A stretch of 64,000 nt of DNA, taken from the sequence record HQ630627.1; one strand, 5' to 3'. The position numbers were made by a program, and so were the translations under genes. This stretch comes from Pseudomonas phage PhiPA3. The notes beneath the pieces were generated by a model, which was not told the origin of the DNA, ran no database searches, and worked only from the letters and a program-made list of their open reading frames with translations. Of the stretch, positions 1 to 11,900 are shown one piece after another; the first letter of the stretch is position 1; every line of letters starts with the position of its first letter.

Positions 1-953
1 TTGTAATAGCCATAGCGATAGCCATCACTATAAACTTTGTTACCTTTGGATTTCAAACGTTCATTTAACGTAGTGGGTTTTAAGAACATTGACGATGCGC
101 ACATGTGTGGAGATTCGAAGGCAATCCTTCTACCATTTTCACCAATCAACAGCACGGGTTTCTTCCCAGCTAAAGCCATGTCAAGGTAAGGATCATCAAC
201 TATTCGCCATTCATCGGTATCCCATCGAATCTGACGGAGACCAGGTATGATTGGTTGAGTTGGATCGTTTATCCATTGGCTAACAGTAGGTAATGCAAAC
301 CCAATAAATCTAGCTGCATCTGTGAGACTGACGAATTCAGTAATTTCACCGGAAATGAGACACTTTATTAAAACTTTCCGATGATTTAGGTTAGCTTGAA
401 TCTCTTTATCAATGTCAACTGGTATATACCAAGGTTTATCACTAATGCGTCGATACTGTCGTTTCTCGGGAAACACACGCTCCTGCCCGACTTTGACTCG
501 GTATGAGATAGCGTCTTTCGATAAACCGTAATATCGACCGCAGTCAATGTAACTGGGGAAAGTGCGAACTTCCCCTGTGATAGAATCCCTGACTTCAATT
601 GGAATACATTTATCAGAAATTCCAATCTCTCCAGCATGCTCAATATTGCGTTGAGCGGTTACCCATTCTAAGTTATCAAGGCGGTCATCGCCTTTTATGC
701 CGTTTTTGTGATTCACCACCAGTTTAGTTATATCTGAATCAAAGGGAATGTAGACGAATGCTAGTAATCGATGTCGTCCCCATGTAAGAGTAACTCCATG
801 ATCGTCCGTCAAACGTAGGTTAACGTAACCAGCTGGATTAACACTTCCCTCCATGAGAGAGCAAGTGTGAAAGCTGTATACATCCCCGTCCCTTGAAATA
901 AGATATTTACTGTAACCAGGAATCGGCGAGAAATCCTTTAAGTTTATAGCCAT
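1..953 (-). CDS. HNH homing endonuclease (HNH_3 / NUMOD-like), 3' end beyond window start
   Basis: Hand-translated minus-strand frame from ATG at 951-953 (RBS GGAGGA at 958-963) is open to the window edge. Motifs YSKYLISRDGDVYSF, GYVNLRLTDDHGV..WGRHRLLAFVY and NHKNGIKGDDRLDNLEWVT. The ORF track omits it because there is no stop inside the window. Confidence 0.7.
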   Translation of the reverse strand, partial: MAINLKDFSPIPGYSKYLISRDGDVYSFHTCSLMEGSVNPAGYVNLRLTDDHGVTLTWGRHRLLAFVYIPFDSDITKLVVNHKNGIKGDDRLDNLEWVTAQRNIEHAGEIGISDKCIPIEVRDSITGEVRTFPSYIDCGRYYGLSKDAISYRVKVGQERVFPEKRQYRRISDKPWYIPVDIDKEIQANLNHRKVLIKCLISGEITEFVSLTDAARFIGFALPTVSQWINDPTQPIIPGLRQIRWDTDEWRIVDDPYLDMALAGKKPVLLIGENGRRIAFESPHMCASSMFLKPTTLNERLKSKGNKVYSDGYRYGYY

Positions 954-971
954 GTCTATCCTCCAAAAACA

Positions 972-3900
972 CTATAACATTGGAGTATAGACTTCACAAA
1001 CATTCAATAAACAATAACAATCATCGTTCATTGAACCTACGGCCAACAATGCTGACGTAGACAGCATCTTAGCGTGACCGTCTGTTTCTTTATCGAACAT
1101 GCGGGTCGTACCACGCATGCTGACAAAGTTAGCGTCAGGCGAGAGGTAAGCAATTACACCCACGTCACCGGAGTCTACTGTCGATTCCGAAACCACACCT
1201 ACGTCAGCTTCACCGTAGATACGAGTACGCGCCACCATCGATGTTGGACCATGGCCACCATCACCACGATAGGTCATGGCTTCTTGCTCTCGCAAGTTGG
1301 CGATCGGGTTGGAGTCTTCAATCGTTGCGACAGTCGGATCCTGAACAATCTTGCGCCAGATTTCGTGTTGGTCAAGAATGATCTGTTGATCAGCAGAACC
1401 TTCACGGTTGTTGTACACCTTAGCGGCTTGGTTCAGAGACTTGTAAATGGCCCCAGCCATGCGTTCATAGCCACGATAACGCATGTAAGCACCGTCGACC
1501 TCACCCGGAGACCAATCGTTCATCAGAAGCTCTACAGAACGATACAGCAATCCTTCGAAGTCCGTTGGCTCACCCATCTCCTCCAAAATACCTTTGGTGA
1601 TGGGATCCACCCAGGAATTAAACAGATGGGTAATCTCTTTGGCGTAGCGACTAGACAACCCAGCCTCTTCCAGAACACGGTAATACACGTCACGACGGTC
1701 GAAGTCATAACGAGAAAACTTCTTCAGTGATTGATGATACCGTTTAAAGCCAGCGAGCACGAGTTGTGCTTTGTAGTCCTGACGAGAGAACACAAGGATC
1801 TCATCAGCAAAGGCTAACGTGTAGTCGTCTTGGGAGACCTGAATGCGAGTACCGCGCTGGTGTTTATCGTACTTGACCCCCAGCTTGTTTAACAGATTGG
1901 TCAGACCACCATGGAACCCAAGGATGAATGCTAGTGGAATCTCTTTGTTAGAGACCGACATAACAATCGCTTCTAACGGTGCCTTGGTCAGATTCAGCCC
2001 AACCATGTCAACCAGTGTACCCATTGGTTCGAGATCATTGCCATCTTGCAAGTAGAAGTTACCTGCTTGATCTAACATGATAGGTTGACCTTCACGGACA
2101 CCTGTCATGACGTAACCATCTTTCTCGAACTGCGTTACATCCAGATGGAACTTCTCTCGGAAGTAATCTACACGGTCAGCGTACTTGAAGTACAACTGGT
2201 TCTTACCATTATCGAACGCTTGGAACGCACCACCCATTGCAGAATACACACGAGGCAATACGTAAGCTGATTGATCCAGCTCAGCGTAACGGACGTTGGT
2301 GATCGATTGATCATTGGGATCCAGAGCACGAGCGGTGATCTGACGAACCAACCACACATCGTAGTTGTTGACAGCCAATCCAGAACGAGACACGAAAGTC
2401 TTGTTATAGTAGCTGGTCAATGCCACTCGGGTTGGGTTAACTTTACGGATCGGTACGTCTGCCCGCTGCATCCGTTGGCGGTAGGTGACCCCATTAGAAC
2501 GGAAACGACCATCACGATCAATCACCGGAATGCGGAAACGCAATTGGCTAGAACGACCACGAATCGGCTTCACTGTCACAGTGAATGATTGGTAATGGTT
2601 CATGGCGTCTTGCACTTCTTCCATCTTGATATCGGTCACTGCGATACCTTGCTGTTGAATAGCCAGGACCGAGTTCATGATGTCTTTAGGTAGCAACGTC
2701 TTGTTGTACTTACGCACCATCGCCTTGTGTTTAGCACCGAGCATCGACTTATCGAGGATCGTCGTTTTGTCGGCGAACTTCACTTCAGGGATAGCGTAGT
2801 CTTCGGCTGCATACTGCATGGCTTCCGCAATCGTCTTACCTGAACCAAAGGGATCCGGCAGGGACTTATAGCTGCTAGCGTCTTCTACAGCCTGTTCGAA
2901 GGTACGGGGTGAGATCATACCCACCTGATACAATTCAAACGCTTTAGCCCCTACACCATCGACCAATGGATCATCAGTCTCAAAACGAGGCAGAGCGGAT
3001 TTGGTAGCCTTACCGTCAGAAACGTTAAGGGTCTTCTCAGCTTCTACTTCTTTGACCAGTGGTGCAGTTTCTAACGGATCTTTCTCAATAACCAGCGTCG
3101 TGATTTCGAGCTCAGACTCCGGAGGAGGATTGTAGGTGACTTCCATCAAACCCAGGTCAAGTGTTTTCACAATCGACGAATCGTCTTTACTGGAGTCATC
3201 CACTACATCACCTACGTCAACGTCTTCAGCCTCTTCTTGAGGCTCAACGTCATCAGTGGGTTCAATGTCTTCATCTTCCGATACCACATCAGTGGGTTCT
3301 TCCAACGCGGTGGGGCTAATCGCTACATCACTACTGTCCTGTTCAACCAGAGTATCATTACCATGGTTGTATTCCACCAGCGTGGTCAGCAAGCTCAGGA
3401 TACGGCGTTGCATCACGTCTGGGGTATAGACGACTTCCAGACCCAGTTCGTCGACGTACGACTCTTGAGCAACAGTGAGCTGTTCTTCTTCAAACTCAGG
3501 AGACTTCCGCCATTCTTCCAGTAGACCCAGATTGATCACAAAGAACGAACCTTGTGCACGGATCAGGAAGTTGATCTTCTCGTAAGCTTCACGTGGCAGA
3601 ACAGACATGAACGAAGTTTCACGACTGTTACCAAAGAAGCGGTACAGATCAAAGATGTTCAATACCGCCGGCGTGCGGAACTTCTCCAGCAGGGCTTGAG
3701 TTTGACCTTTGGAGAACTGGACAAATTCTGAATACAACGGAATCGATTCTGGAATATGGATCTCGATGAACTGGTTCCAACCGAACCGTTTATGTGCATC
3801 TACCACGCCATCCCAGAAGGTAGCGGTGTTATTGACCCATCGATACCATCCAGCTTTATAGTTAGCTTGGTACTTATAAAGGTCATTGAGCATGTTGTAG

Positions 3901-4262
3901 TTGAACACTGCTACGTTTTGCAGGTTAAGCTTAACAGCCTCGTCTTTGCGCAGTGGTTTGAAGAAACGATGTTGACGACGGAACTCTTGTTCGAGTGTGG
4001 TCGCAATAACGCTGGTACGCCGTGCGTTACCATCAAGTGTCTTCAGTTCCAACTTGTGTTCAATGAACGACTTCCCCATCAACCGCGCAAAGATGGGATC
4101 CGATTGACTCGGACCCCGAACAGCGTAGTTGTCGTCGAAGAACTGGTAAACAGTCTCCAAAGGAAGCTCAAGTTTCTTGACGGCATGAAGTCTCGGCTTC
4201 TGCAACTCACTAGCCTGCTTGAGGCCATAGTTCTTAAGAAACTGTGCTATTTTTAAGCGCAT
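972..4262 (-). CDS. Multisubunit RNA polymerase large subunit fragment, beta-like C-terminal part (phiKZ gp180-like); beta-prime C-terminal part not excluded
   Basis: 1096-aa ORF immediately downstream of the beta-prime N-fragment gene (6-nt spacer). Weak GEME-like stretch (LEEMGEPTDFEGLL) near the C-terminus. Synteny with the gp181-like gene. Confidence 0.45.
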   Translation of the reverse strand: MRLKIAQFLKNYGLKQASELQKPRLHAVKKLELPLETVYQFFDDNYAVRGPSQSDPIFARLMGKSFIEHKLELKTLDGNARRTSVIATTLEQEFRRQHRFFKPLRKDEAVKLNLQNVAVFNYNMLNDLYKYQANYKAGWYRWVNNTATFWDGVVDAHKRFGWNQFIEIHIPESIPLYSEFVQFSKGQTQALLEKFRTPAVLNIFDLYRFFGNSRETSFMSVLPREAYEKINFLIRAQGSFFVINLGLLEEWRKSPEFEEEQLTVAQESYVDELGLEVVYTPDVMQRRILSLLTTLVEYNHGNDTLVEQDSSDVAISPTALEEPTDVVSEDEDIEPTDDVEPQEEAEDVDVGDVVDDSSKDDSSIVKTLDLGLMEVTYNPPPESELEITTLVIEKDPLETAPLVKEVEAEKTLNVSDGKATKSALPRFETDDPLVDGVGAKAFELYQVGMISPRTFEQAVEDASSYKSLPDPFGSGKTIAEAMQYAAEDYAIPEVKFADKTTILDKSMLGAKHKAMVRKYNKTLLPKDIMNSVLAIQQQGIAVTDIKMEEVQDAMNHYQSFTVTVKPIRGRSSQLRFRIPVIDRDGRFRSNGVTYRQRMQRADVPIRKVNPTRVALTSYYNKTFVSRSGLAVNNYDVWLVRQITARALDPNDQSITNVRYAELDQSAYVLPRVYSAMGGAFQAFDNGKNQLYFKYADRVDYFREKFHLDVTQFEKDGYVMTGVREGQPIMLDQAGNFYLQDGNDLEPMGTLVDMVGLNLTKAPLEAIVMSVSNKEIPLAFILGFHGGLTNLLNKLGVKYDKHQRGTRIQVSQDDYTLAFADEILVFSRQDYKAQLVLAGFKRYHQSLKKFSRYDFDRRDVYYRVLEEAGLSSRYAKEITHLFNSWVDPITKGILEEMGEPTDFEGLLYRSVELLMNDWSPGEVDGAYMRYRGYERMAGAIYKSLNQAAKVYNNREGSADQQIILDQHEIWRKIVQDPTVATIEDSNPIANLREQEAMTYRGDGGHGPTSMVARTRIYGEADVGVVSESTVDSGDVGVIAYLSPDANFVSMRGTTRMFDKETDGHAKMLSTSALLAVGSMNDDCYCLLNVCEVYTPML

Positions 4263-4267
4263 GGTTT

Positions 4268-5920
4268 TTAGTCTCTAGCGACTGGATCACCAGTCATGTA
4301 CCTGAGGGTGAGGTTCAGCGTGTGAATGTTGATACTAAACGCCAAGCCACCACCAGCTTTGATGTAAGCCAAACGAGATTTGAAGAACTTATCGGATTCC
4401 TCGATTGCCTCTTTGGAGTACACGGCATTAAACGATACCGTGTCACCATCGAAGTCGGCAGTGAGTGGAGCCAGGACCGCTGGCGATACCGACGTAGAGT
4501 CGTGCCACTGCGCAATTTCGTTGAGTTCAAAGACGGGGTATTCGATAGCTGGTTGTGCGGTTAGATCCCTCTCCCAGTTGTAATCCAATGGATAACGCAT
4601 CTCACCTTTTACAGTGGTCTTAACGTACATCTTCATCGGGATCGAACTGTTGTAGTTCTCTACTGGATAGCGGGTAACGAATGCGGAATTCTTGTACCAC
4701 ATAGGTAAACCAGCGAGGTAAACCAACTCGGAATAAGTAATCGGACGAACGAACTTCTTGTGACGATCTTTCGGTAGATCTTCAATGTCACGGAAGATCT
4801 TGTAGTTCTGTTGATCATCCAAATAAACCAGTGCTAGATAGTGATCAGCAATCTCAATCGGCCGACTACGTTGGTCAATAACCTTGAGTTCGTTAATGAC
4901 TCGCTCAAGCCCTTCTGGCGTACCCCAAGTATCGAGGTCTTCAGCAGTGATGTCAACCCATTCCCGTTTGAGCGTCTTCTTATTAACCAATTCAACGCGG
5001 TTAGAGATACTGTCAAAGATCTCACCGACCACTGAATTCCGCAGATGGAAGATCGTCTTGGGTTTAACAGAGACGGCGCCTTGATACAGACCTACCACCG
5101 CATCTTTAAAGCGTGGTCGGTTGGGCGCATCCAGATCCGCAGCGTTAGTATCCAATGAAGAGATCACGTTACGCGTACCGTTTTGTACACGACGGGAAGC
5201 CCACTTGGATTGGATGTAGCCGCCCTTACCAGAAATCAACCGTTCAAAATGACCATAGATCTCCAGTACTGTGTTCTGCATGGCAACACGTTTACGGTCG
5301 TAGATACTCAGGTCGTCGTTAGGACCAAAGAACTCAGGCACACCAAATGACTGGTTGAGTAGATAACGATATTTTTCGTTGATCTCATCCATCGATACTC
5401 GACCGTCAGCGTCGATCTCAGCTTCACGGTAAGCGGCTGGAACAACCAACACATCTTGCATGATACACCGATCTTTGTACTTCTCGATCAGCTGAAGACG
5501 GTTCAGACGGATACCGGATTTGGTACCCCCGAATTCAATCTTACGCCAGTTGTTAAAGAAGAATGTATAACCGGTTTGACCTTCGAGTTCATTAGACCGA
5601 GCGAAATCTCTCCCTATTGGATCGAACACAGCAAAGGCTTTACCCAGGATGATTTCTTCGTAGAATGCCCTGAGTTTGATTAAGTTTCGGTAGATTACTG
5701 GGTGGATAATATCAAGTCCTAAGTGGATGTAACCGAAGTTGCCTTCACGTTGCTTAGAGCCAACTCGCCCGAAGATCTCCACCGAGAACAAACCTTTCTC
5801 ATGGAAGTTACCACCGGTACCTTCAAAGATCTCATGACTGGTGACTTGTCCCACGCGTAGCAACTGAGCCTTGGTAGGGATCAGTAGATCAATGTTAAAT
5901 GGGACTAACGCTTTCCTCAT
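4268..5920 (-). CDS. Multisubunit RNA polymerase beta-prime N-terminal fragment (virion RNAP subunit, phiKZ gp178-like)
   Basis: C-terminal LTADFDGDTVSFNAV matches the NADFDGD catalytic aspartate triad of beta-prime. N-terminal GLFSVEIFGRV and FGYIHLGLDIIHPVIY resemble beta-prime GLFCARIFGPV and MGHIELASPTAHIWF. Confidence 0.75.
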   Translation of the reverse strand: MRKALVPFNIDLLIPTKAQLLRVGQVTSHEIFEGTGGNFHEKGLFSVEIFGRVGSKQREGNFGYIHLGLDIIHPVIYRNLIKLRAFYEEIILGKAFAVFDPIGRDFARSNELEGQTGYTFFFNNWRKIEFGGTKSGIRLNRLQLIEKYKDRCIMQDVLVVPAAYREAEIDADGRVSMDEINEKYRYLLNQSFGVPEFFGPNDDLSIYDRKRVAMQNTVLEIYGHFERLISGKGGYIQSKWASRRVQNGTRNVISSLDTNAADLDAPNRPRFKDAVVGLYQGAVSVKPKTIFHLRNSVVGEIFDSISNRVELVNKKTLKREWVDITAEDLDTWGTPEGLERVINELKVIDQRSRPIEIADHYLALVYLDDQQNYKIFRDIEDLPKDRHKKFVRPITYSELVYLAGLPMWYKNSAFVTRYPVENYNSSIPMKMYVKTTVKGEMRYPLDYNWERDLTAQPAIEYPVFELNEIAQWHDSTSVSPAVLAPLTADFDGDTVSFNAVYSKEAIEESDKFFKSRLAYIKAGGGLAFSINIHTLNLTLRYMTGDPVARD

Positions 5921-5984
5921 TTTACTTTCCTCTTAGGGGTTAGCGGTTAACGATATGACTGTTTAGATATCGATGGAGTTAACT

Positions 5985-8900
5985 ATGGCCAGCAAAAAGA
6001 CCACGCTGCCAAAGCCCAAGGGGATCAATCCCCAAGGGTCTATTGTTCAGCTTGATCTTGACGACTTTGATGATCTGTTTGACGAAGACTTCGGATTGCC
6101 CAAAAAGAACAGTCCGTATACGGACTTCAAATCGGGCCTGAAGAGTGGATTCCTCGACAAATTCAAGACCACCACGGTTCTCAAGAACTTCCTACGTCAT
6201 GCAGCACCAGATGGATTCAACCGCTTGTTCGGCGTGTATGATGATCTTGTTACCAGTGCAAAAGACATCAAGGATTCTGTTGAGCGTACCAACGCTGCTG
6301 ACTTGGATTATCTGGGTCGTAAGGCAAAGTCTTATTTGCCGTACCTGGAAAAACACATTCCTAATACGCTTTACAAATCGATGGACGAAGGTCTGTCGCG
6401 TAAGCTTGAGCAATATAACTACGAAATGGAAGCTGGTCGTGACCAGATTGCCATCCGTAAACGGGCTCAGCAAGCTGCTGATGAAAATGAAATCAAGGCA
6501 GCACTCGACCAGAACACCCTGGTAAGTAAAGAGAACTTCCAGCGCTCCGAGCAAGGCATTATTAAACGTGCCGCCATGGAGAAGGCTGAAAGAAATATTA
6601 GGGATAAGATTTCCGCAGGTCGTTTCGATTTTACATCTCGTGCAATGAGCATGGCTGTAGACAGCCTGACTCGGATCTCTGCTTATCATGAGCAAGTAAG
6701 CTACGGGATGCAACGTAAGAGTCTGGAACTTCAGTTCCGTTCTTACTTGGGTATTCGTGATCTGGTTCGCCTGACAGAAGCCAACATGGAACTTCAGGAC
6801 CGTGCTTTCCAAGCATTGGTTCGTAACACTGGCATCCCGGAACATAAGAAAGCGGGCATGGGTAGTGGTTTACTTGGCTTTGGTGACGGTAGAGGTAATG
6901 CCAGTTTCGCTAAAGCCTTGGCAGGAGCCGCTTTCTCCACTCTTCCTGGCTTCATGGGGAACTGGGGTGGTCAGGTAGAAGATCGAGTTAAGAAGTCTCT
7001 CAGTGGTCGCTTGGCAGACATCGTTTCGGCTGCTCGTATGGGTGAGGGGGCTGGTTCCTTCTGGGATCAGCGTTACAATCTTGCCGGTATGATGGCTGGA
7101 GAATTTGGTTCTGATGTAATCAATGATCACATTGCCCCATGGCTGGGTTCTAAACTCCGACCTGGTGCTACTAGGTTAGCCCAGCGATTTGGTGGGCGCC
7201 ATAACCAACTGAACTATACGCTGGACAATATCCCAGCCTTCTTGCAAGAGTTTGTTAACAACTCGCAAAACCAGTACGGTTGGAAAGGCACCGTCCGTGA
7301 CATGATAGCTCCGTTCATCCCTCAGTTCTCCTTAAAGGACCGACTGGATAATGGAACCTATCAAACAATTGACCAGCAAACTGCTTTTAACCAGTTGACA
7401 CAACGGTCGATCACTGAAGTCATTCCTGGCTTACTGTCACGTGCAGTACAGGAACTGCGTATGATCCGTACTGGCCGTAATGATGTTGAGCGGGAAGTCT
7501 TTGACATCACTACTGGTAAATTTACGGTTGAGAAAACTGCTCAAGACAACGTCATGCATCGCGTTATTCCCAAGACGGCTATTCGTAACACGTCCGGAAT
7601 GATCAATGATGCACTCAATAACCTCGATCAAGAAGGTCAGTTGTCTCCAGCGGCACGTAAAGCTCTCAGCGAGAGGTTACTGCGTGATGCTTCAACTAAT
7701 CGTCGTTTTGACCCTAACGCATATATCCGTGCTGGGGGTTACGCTGATGGTCTGTCGCCGGATGTTACAAACGAACTCAGTCAGTTCTTCCGTGGGAAAT
7801 TCCAGTTCGACGACAAAGGTAAGATGACGGATACCGCGGCCAACCATCAACTCCGTGATGAGTGGTCTCGGGCTTTCTTGGACATTCGTAGTGTTTCACG
7901 TGATCCGATAAAAGAGATTCATCGCCTGGTGAACGCCGGTCATACCGAATCTCTGCGTATGCTCGGTATCATCGTTACTGAACAAGGTCAGGATAAGATC
8001 AACTACAACCGCGTTTGGGAAATCCTGCGTAGTGGTGTTTCGGATAACAATCCGTACGCTGGTGGTCCGATGCCTGATCCGGAACAAACGGGTACTCCTG
8101 GCGATAAGGGTTTTGTTGGTCCTGCCTATCCAGGTGCTGCGAAAGCTGGTGCATTAAATGCGATGGTGAGATTCCGTCGTAAATATGCCCCTGAAGAACA
8201 ACGCGCTCGTGACGAGTGGAACAAGTTTGCAAACAACATGCGTGGTCGTTACGGTTCCGCTGCTGACCAAATCAGGGAAGCTGGCGGTTTCGGAGACTGG
8301 ACCAATTCGATGTATGGTCGGTATAGCCCGAAAGTATCCGGGATGGCCACCGACGTAGTCGAACGAGCTAAAGCGTTCGCTGAGCGCCATAAGCCCGGTG
8401 CTGTTGATAGCATGATGAGTCGAGCCAAGGCTCTGGCTGGAAACTTCTTCCCCAACGGCCTTAGTGCTGGCGGTGTGTTGGATGCAGCCATGGGTTATGG
8501 GAAGAGCGCATATAGCCAGGCTATGTCGCAGATGCCTGGGATGAACGACGCCGCTGGCTCGTACGTCCAAGAGGGAATGAATAAGATCATGGACTTGTAT
8601 TCCAAGTTCGATCCGAAAGTACCCCTTATCAAAGGCACCGATTTCATCCAAGGTAAGCTCATTGACCTGAACACCAAGAAAGTCATTACGAAACCCAGTG
8701 ATATCACAGGTGCTGTGATTAACATGGCTGGTATGACTGTCCTCACAGCTCAAGAAGCTGCAAACGGTCTGTTCGATATTACGGGTCAGATGGTCATTAA
8801 GACATTGACCAATAATGGTGATATCTCTAATGCCGTATCTAAAAATACTGGTGGAATGGGTGCTGCTGCGAACGACGCAGAAAATCCTAACGAGGAGAAA

Positions 8901-11900
8901 GACCTAGAGGAACAAGACTGGTGTATCGACGGTGATCCGGATCCGATTATCACATCCCGTGGTCTGAAGAACGGTTCGTATTTCGATTCGGTAACAGGTG
9001 ACGTGGTTACGAAGCTGAACGAAGTTAAAGGAGATATTCTTGACAAGTTCGGTAACATCGTAGCGACAGCTAAAGAACTTGCAGTTGGTTTGATCTCTCG
9101 GAAAACGGGTAAGCGTTGGCGTTTGAAGAAAGGCCCGAAAGCCATTCTGAACATCATGGGTAAACTGGGTAAGTTTGGTAACATGACAGCTCACCAAGCT
9201 GCCTGGGGTATGATTAAGTTTGGTGCTAAGGCTGCCTTAGGTATTGCCTCAAAAGCATTTAACTTTGTGGTGGAAACACAGAACGCTTATCTGCCTGATT
9301 CTGATGACCCTGTATTCGAACGTCGTAAGTGTCATAATGGCGAATACTTCGATGAGAAGGGTAATGTGATCGAGAACTTCGCTGATGTCTATGGACAAAT
9401 CTACGATGCCAAAGGAGAACCCATTCTACCATTAGAACAGTTCAAGGATCTCATTAACTACGACGGCACTAAACATATCCTGGCTAAGAACAAAAAGCTT
9501 ATTCGACGTACATTAAATCGCGGCATTCGAGCTTTGCGAAAGAAATACGTCAACATGTCTAAGCGTTATTGGAAATGGTTGGGACGCACCAGCGCCAAAC
9601 TTGCCCCCAAGGTGGGTAGAAAACTCCTCGGCGGTTTTGCTAGCGCCGGTGGAGCTATCATGAACCGTCTTGTGGAGCGAGTTCCTTACGAAGACTTTGA
9701 AACGACGGATCAAGTATTGTTGGGTCAGATCCTGGAGACTCTACGGGGTACTCAGGAACAGCAAGTCCGCGAAGGTAGCTGGCAAGATCAAGCCGCTAAG
9801 AAAGCAGAAGCCGCAGAACGAGAAAGCCTCTTTGGAAGCTTAGGTGGACGCAAAGGCGAAGGTGATCAAGAGAAAGCCCAGAACATCTTCATGAGAGGTC
9901 TAACCAAGGGACTGCAAAGTGTCTTTAGTAAGATCACTGGTAAAGATGCTGATGAAGATTCCGGTATCATGGATCTCATCTTGGGTGGTGGTAAGAAAGG
10001 CGGTGGTAAAGGTCGATTGGGTGGGATGCTGGCTCGTGCAGCTCCATACGCTGCGGCCGGTGCTGCTACAGCGGTAGGTACAGCCATTACCGCGAAGAAG
10101 TTCAATGATCAAGGATTTGACGGCAAGGAAAGCGGCTTACTCACCGCACTGTCGGCAACAGCTCCGGGCAAGTTAATGACGGACTGGATCATTGCTCCAA
10201 CCATGTTGAAATTCAAGAACGTTGACAAATTGACGAAGCCGTTCATTCTGCTTCGGATGGCGCAGTACGGTATTACTGACCTTGATCAACAGAGTAAGAT
10301 CTTTACTCTTGAACAAGAGTTCGAGAAATCCGCAACACGTGGTGAACGTTCTGACATCAGCATGGAAGCCGTAGGTGCGAAACGGGTATTTGAGATTCTG
10401 GATATCAAACCAGATGACAAAGCGCGTATCAAAGCGATGGCTGATTGGTTACAACTTCGTTTCCGACCGATCTTCAACGCCTATCTGAACGCTCTGCATT
10501 CAGTAGACAAAGATAATATCAATGTCACTGAGATGGACGACAAGCTCCCCAATGAGTTAAAGGGTGCTGTACTGGAAAAAGTGAAGTTCCCGATGCTTGG
10601 GGATACGCCGTACCAGTACCGGATGAGTCCGTTCGATCCAGAAGGCAAGCTGGAAGATACAACTGCGGATATCACGGAACGCTTTGAGAAGTACACCAAG
10701 ATGTTTGCAGGGGTTAAGGCCCTAGCTTTAGCGAATAAGAATAAAGTCGCTAGAGACAAGGCCATGGCAGGCGAAGCTGCCAGTACTGTTCAGGATGCAG
10801 CTAAAAAGGCTGTAGACACGGCAGTTAAAGGTAGCCCGCTGAGTATGGTTGCTCCCGGTGTTCCTTCACCATTGGCTCCAGTAGATCCGAAATCTAAGAT
10901 GCAACTCAAGACAGCCTTGGGTGGCACTGCGGTAATCACTGGTGTAGGTAAGCTAGGTAGTTCTCTGACTGGCCTACAGGCAATCCGTATGCGGGCTTAT
11001 GGTCTGCAAACGATGGCCTACTCTGACGTACAAGCGTTGCTGTCGTTGGAGGCCAGGTTTGTAGAAGGTCTGAAGATCAGTAACGGCGAGGCAAATTACA
11101 CAGGGGATACGGAAGATCTGATTCAGACTACCGCCCCACTGTTTGGTAAGGACCCTTCCGATGGATCGAAAGATAGAGTTGGGTACGTAAACTGGTTACT
11201 GTATCGCTTTGCTCCGGCATTCCGCGCATACATGCTAGCCTCTTCCCAGTTTGCCCCCAGCGCCAACCTAAATGGATTGGAATCCAAGCTCAAGCCTGGT
11301 GATAAAGTAACTGTTGCAAACGCTGTATTGGGTGCTGCTGATGGTGGGAATTCAGTCTGGAAACAAGCCAGTATCTTCGAGATCAAAGGAGACCCTGAAG
11401 ATCTTAAGAAATTGGCCGAAGCCGACTTGGAACACTTAAAGCAAGAAGCAGAGAAAGACATTGCTGCTTCCCCAACTCAATCAGCGGGTTCTCAGGCTGC
11501 TGGTAAGGCAGCTGCTGATGCCGGTGGTTCATTTGCCGACAAAGCAGTAAGCAGTATTAAGAATGCCTGGGAGAAGACGAAAGACACCGCTGCAACTGCT
11601 TGGCAAAATACCAAAAATGCAGTGAGTGCTGGCGTTGACAACGTCATGGACATGAAAGATGCGGCAACGTATCGCATGGGTCTGGCGGGCGAAGTCAAAG
11701 CAACAGGTAATACCTACGGGTCTCTAGCCCAAGGTAATGGTGGTCAGTGGGAACAAATCCCCATGCCTAAGCAAAACAAATCCGCAGCAGCTGCTCGTGA
11801 GACGCTGTCGGTTGTAGCGCAAATGGTGGGGGTACCTGTTGAACTGTTGATGATCTTCTGTGCTATCGAGTCCAGCTTCGACTGGAATGCTCGGGCAGGT

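Noticed and set aside
386-643. Track ORF (85 aa, minus strand)
   Set aside because: It lies in a different frame inside the hand-translated HNH endonuclease gene and has no motif. It is treated as a shadow ORF.
1074-1730. Plus-strand ORFs inside the RNAP beta-like gene, plus similar small antisense ORFs
   Set aside because: They are antisense to a long, motif-supported gene. They have no start context and are typical shadow frames.
6192-6845. 217-aa minus-strand ORF, and many 60-130 aa ORFs inside the 2323-aa gene
   Set aside because: They are embedded antisense or alternative-frame ORFs within a continuous 7-kb coding frame that carries an SLT domain.
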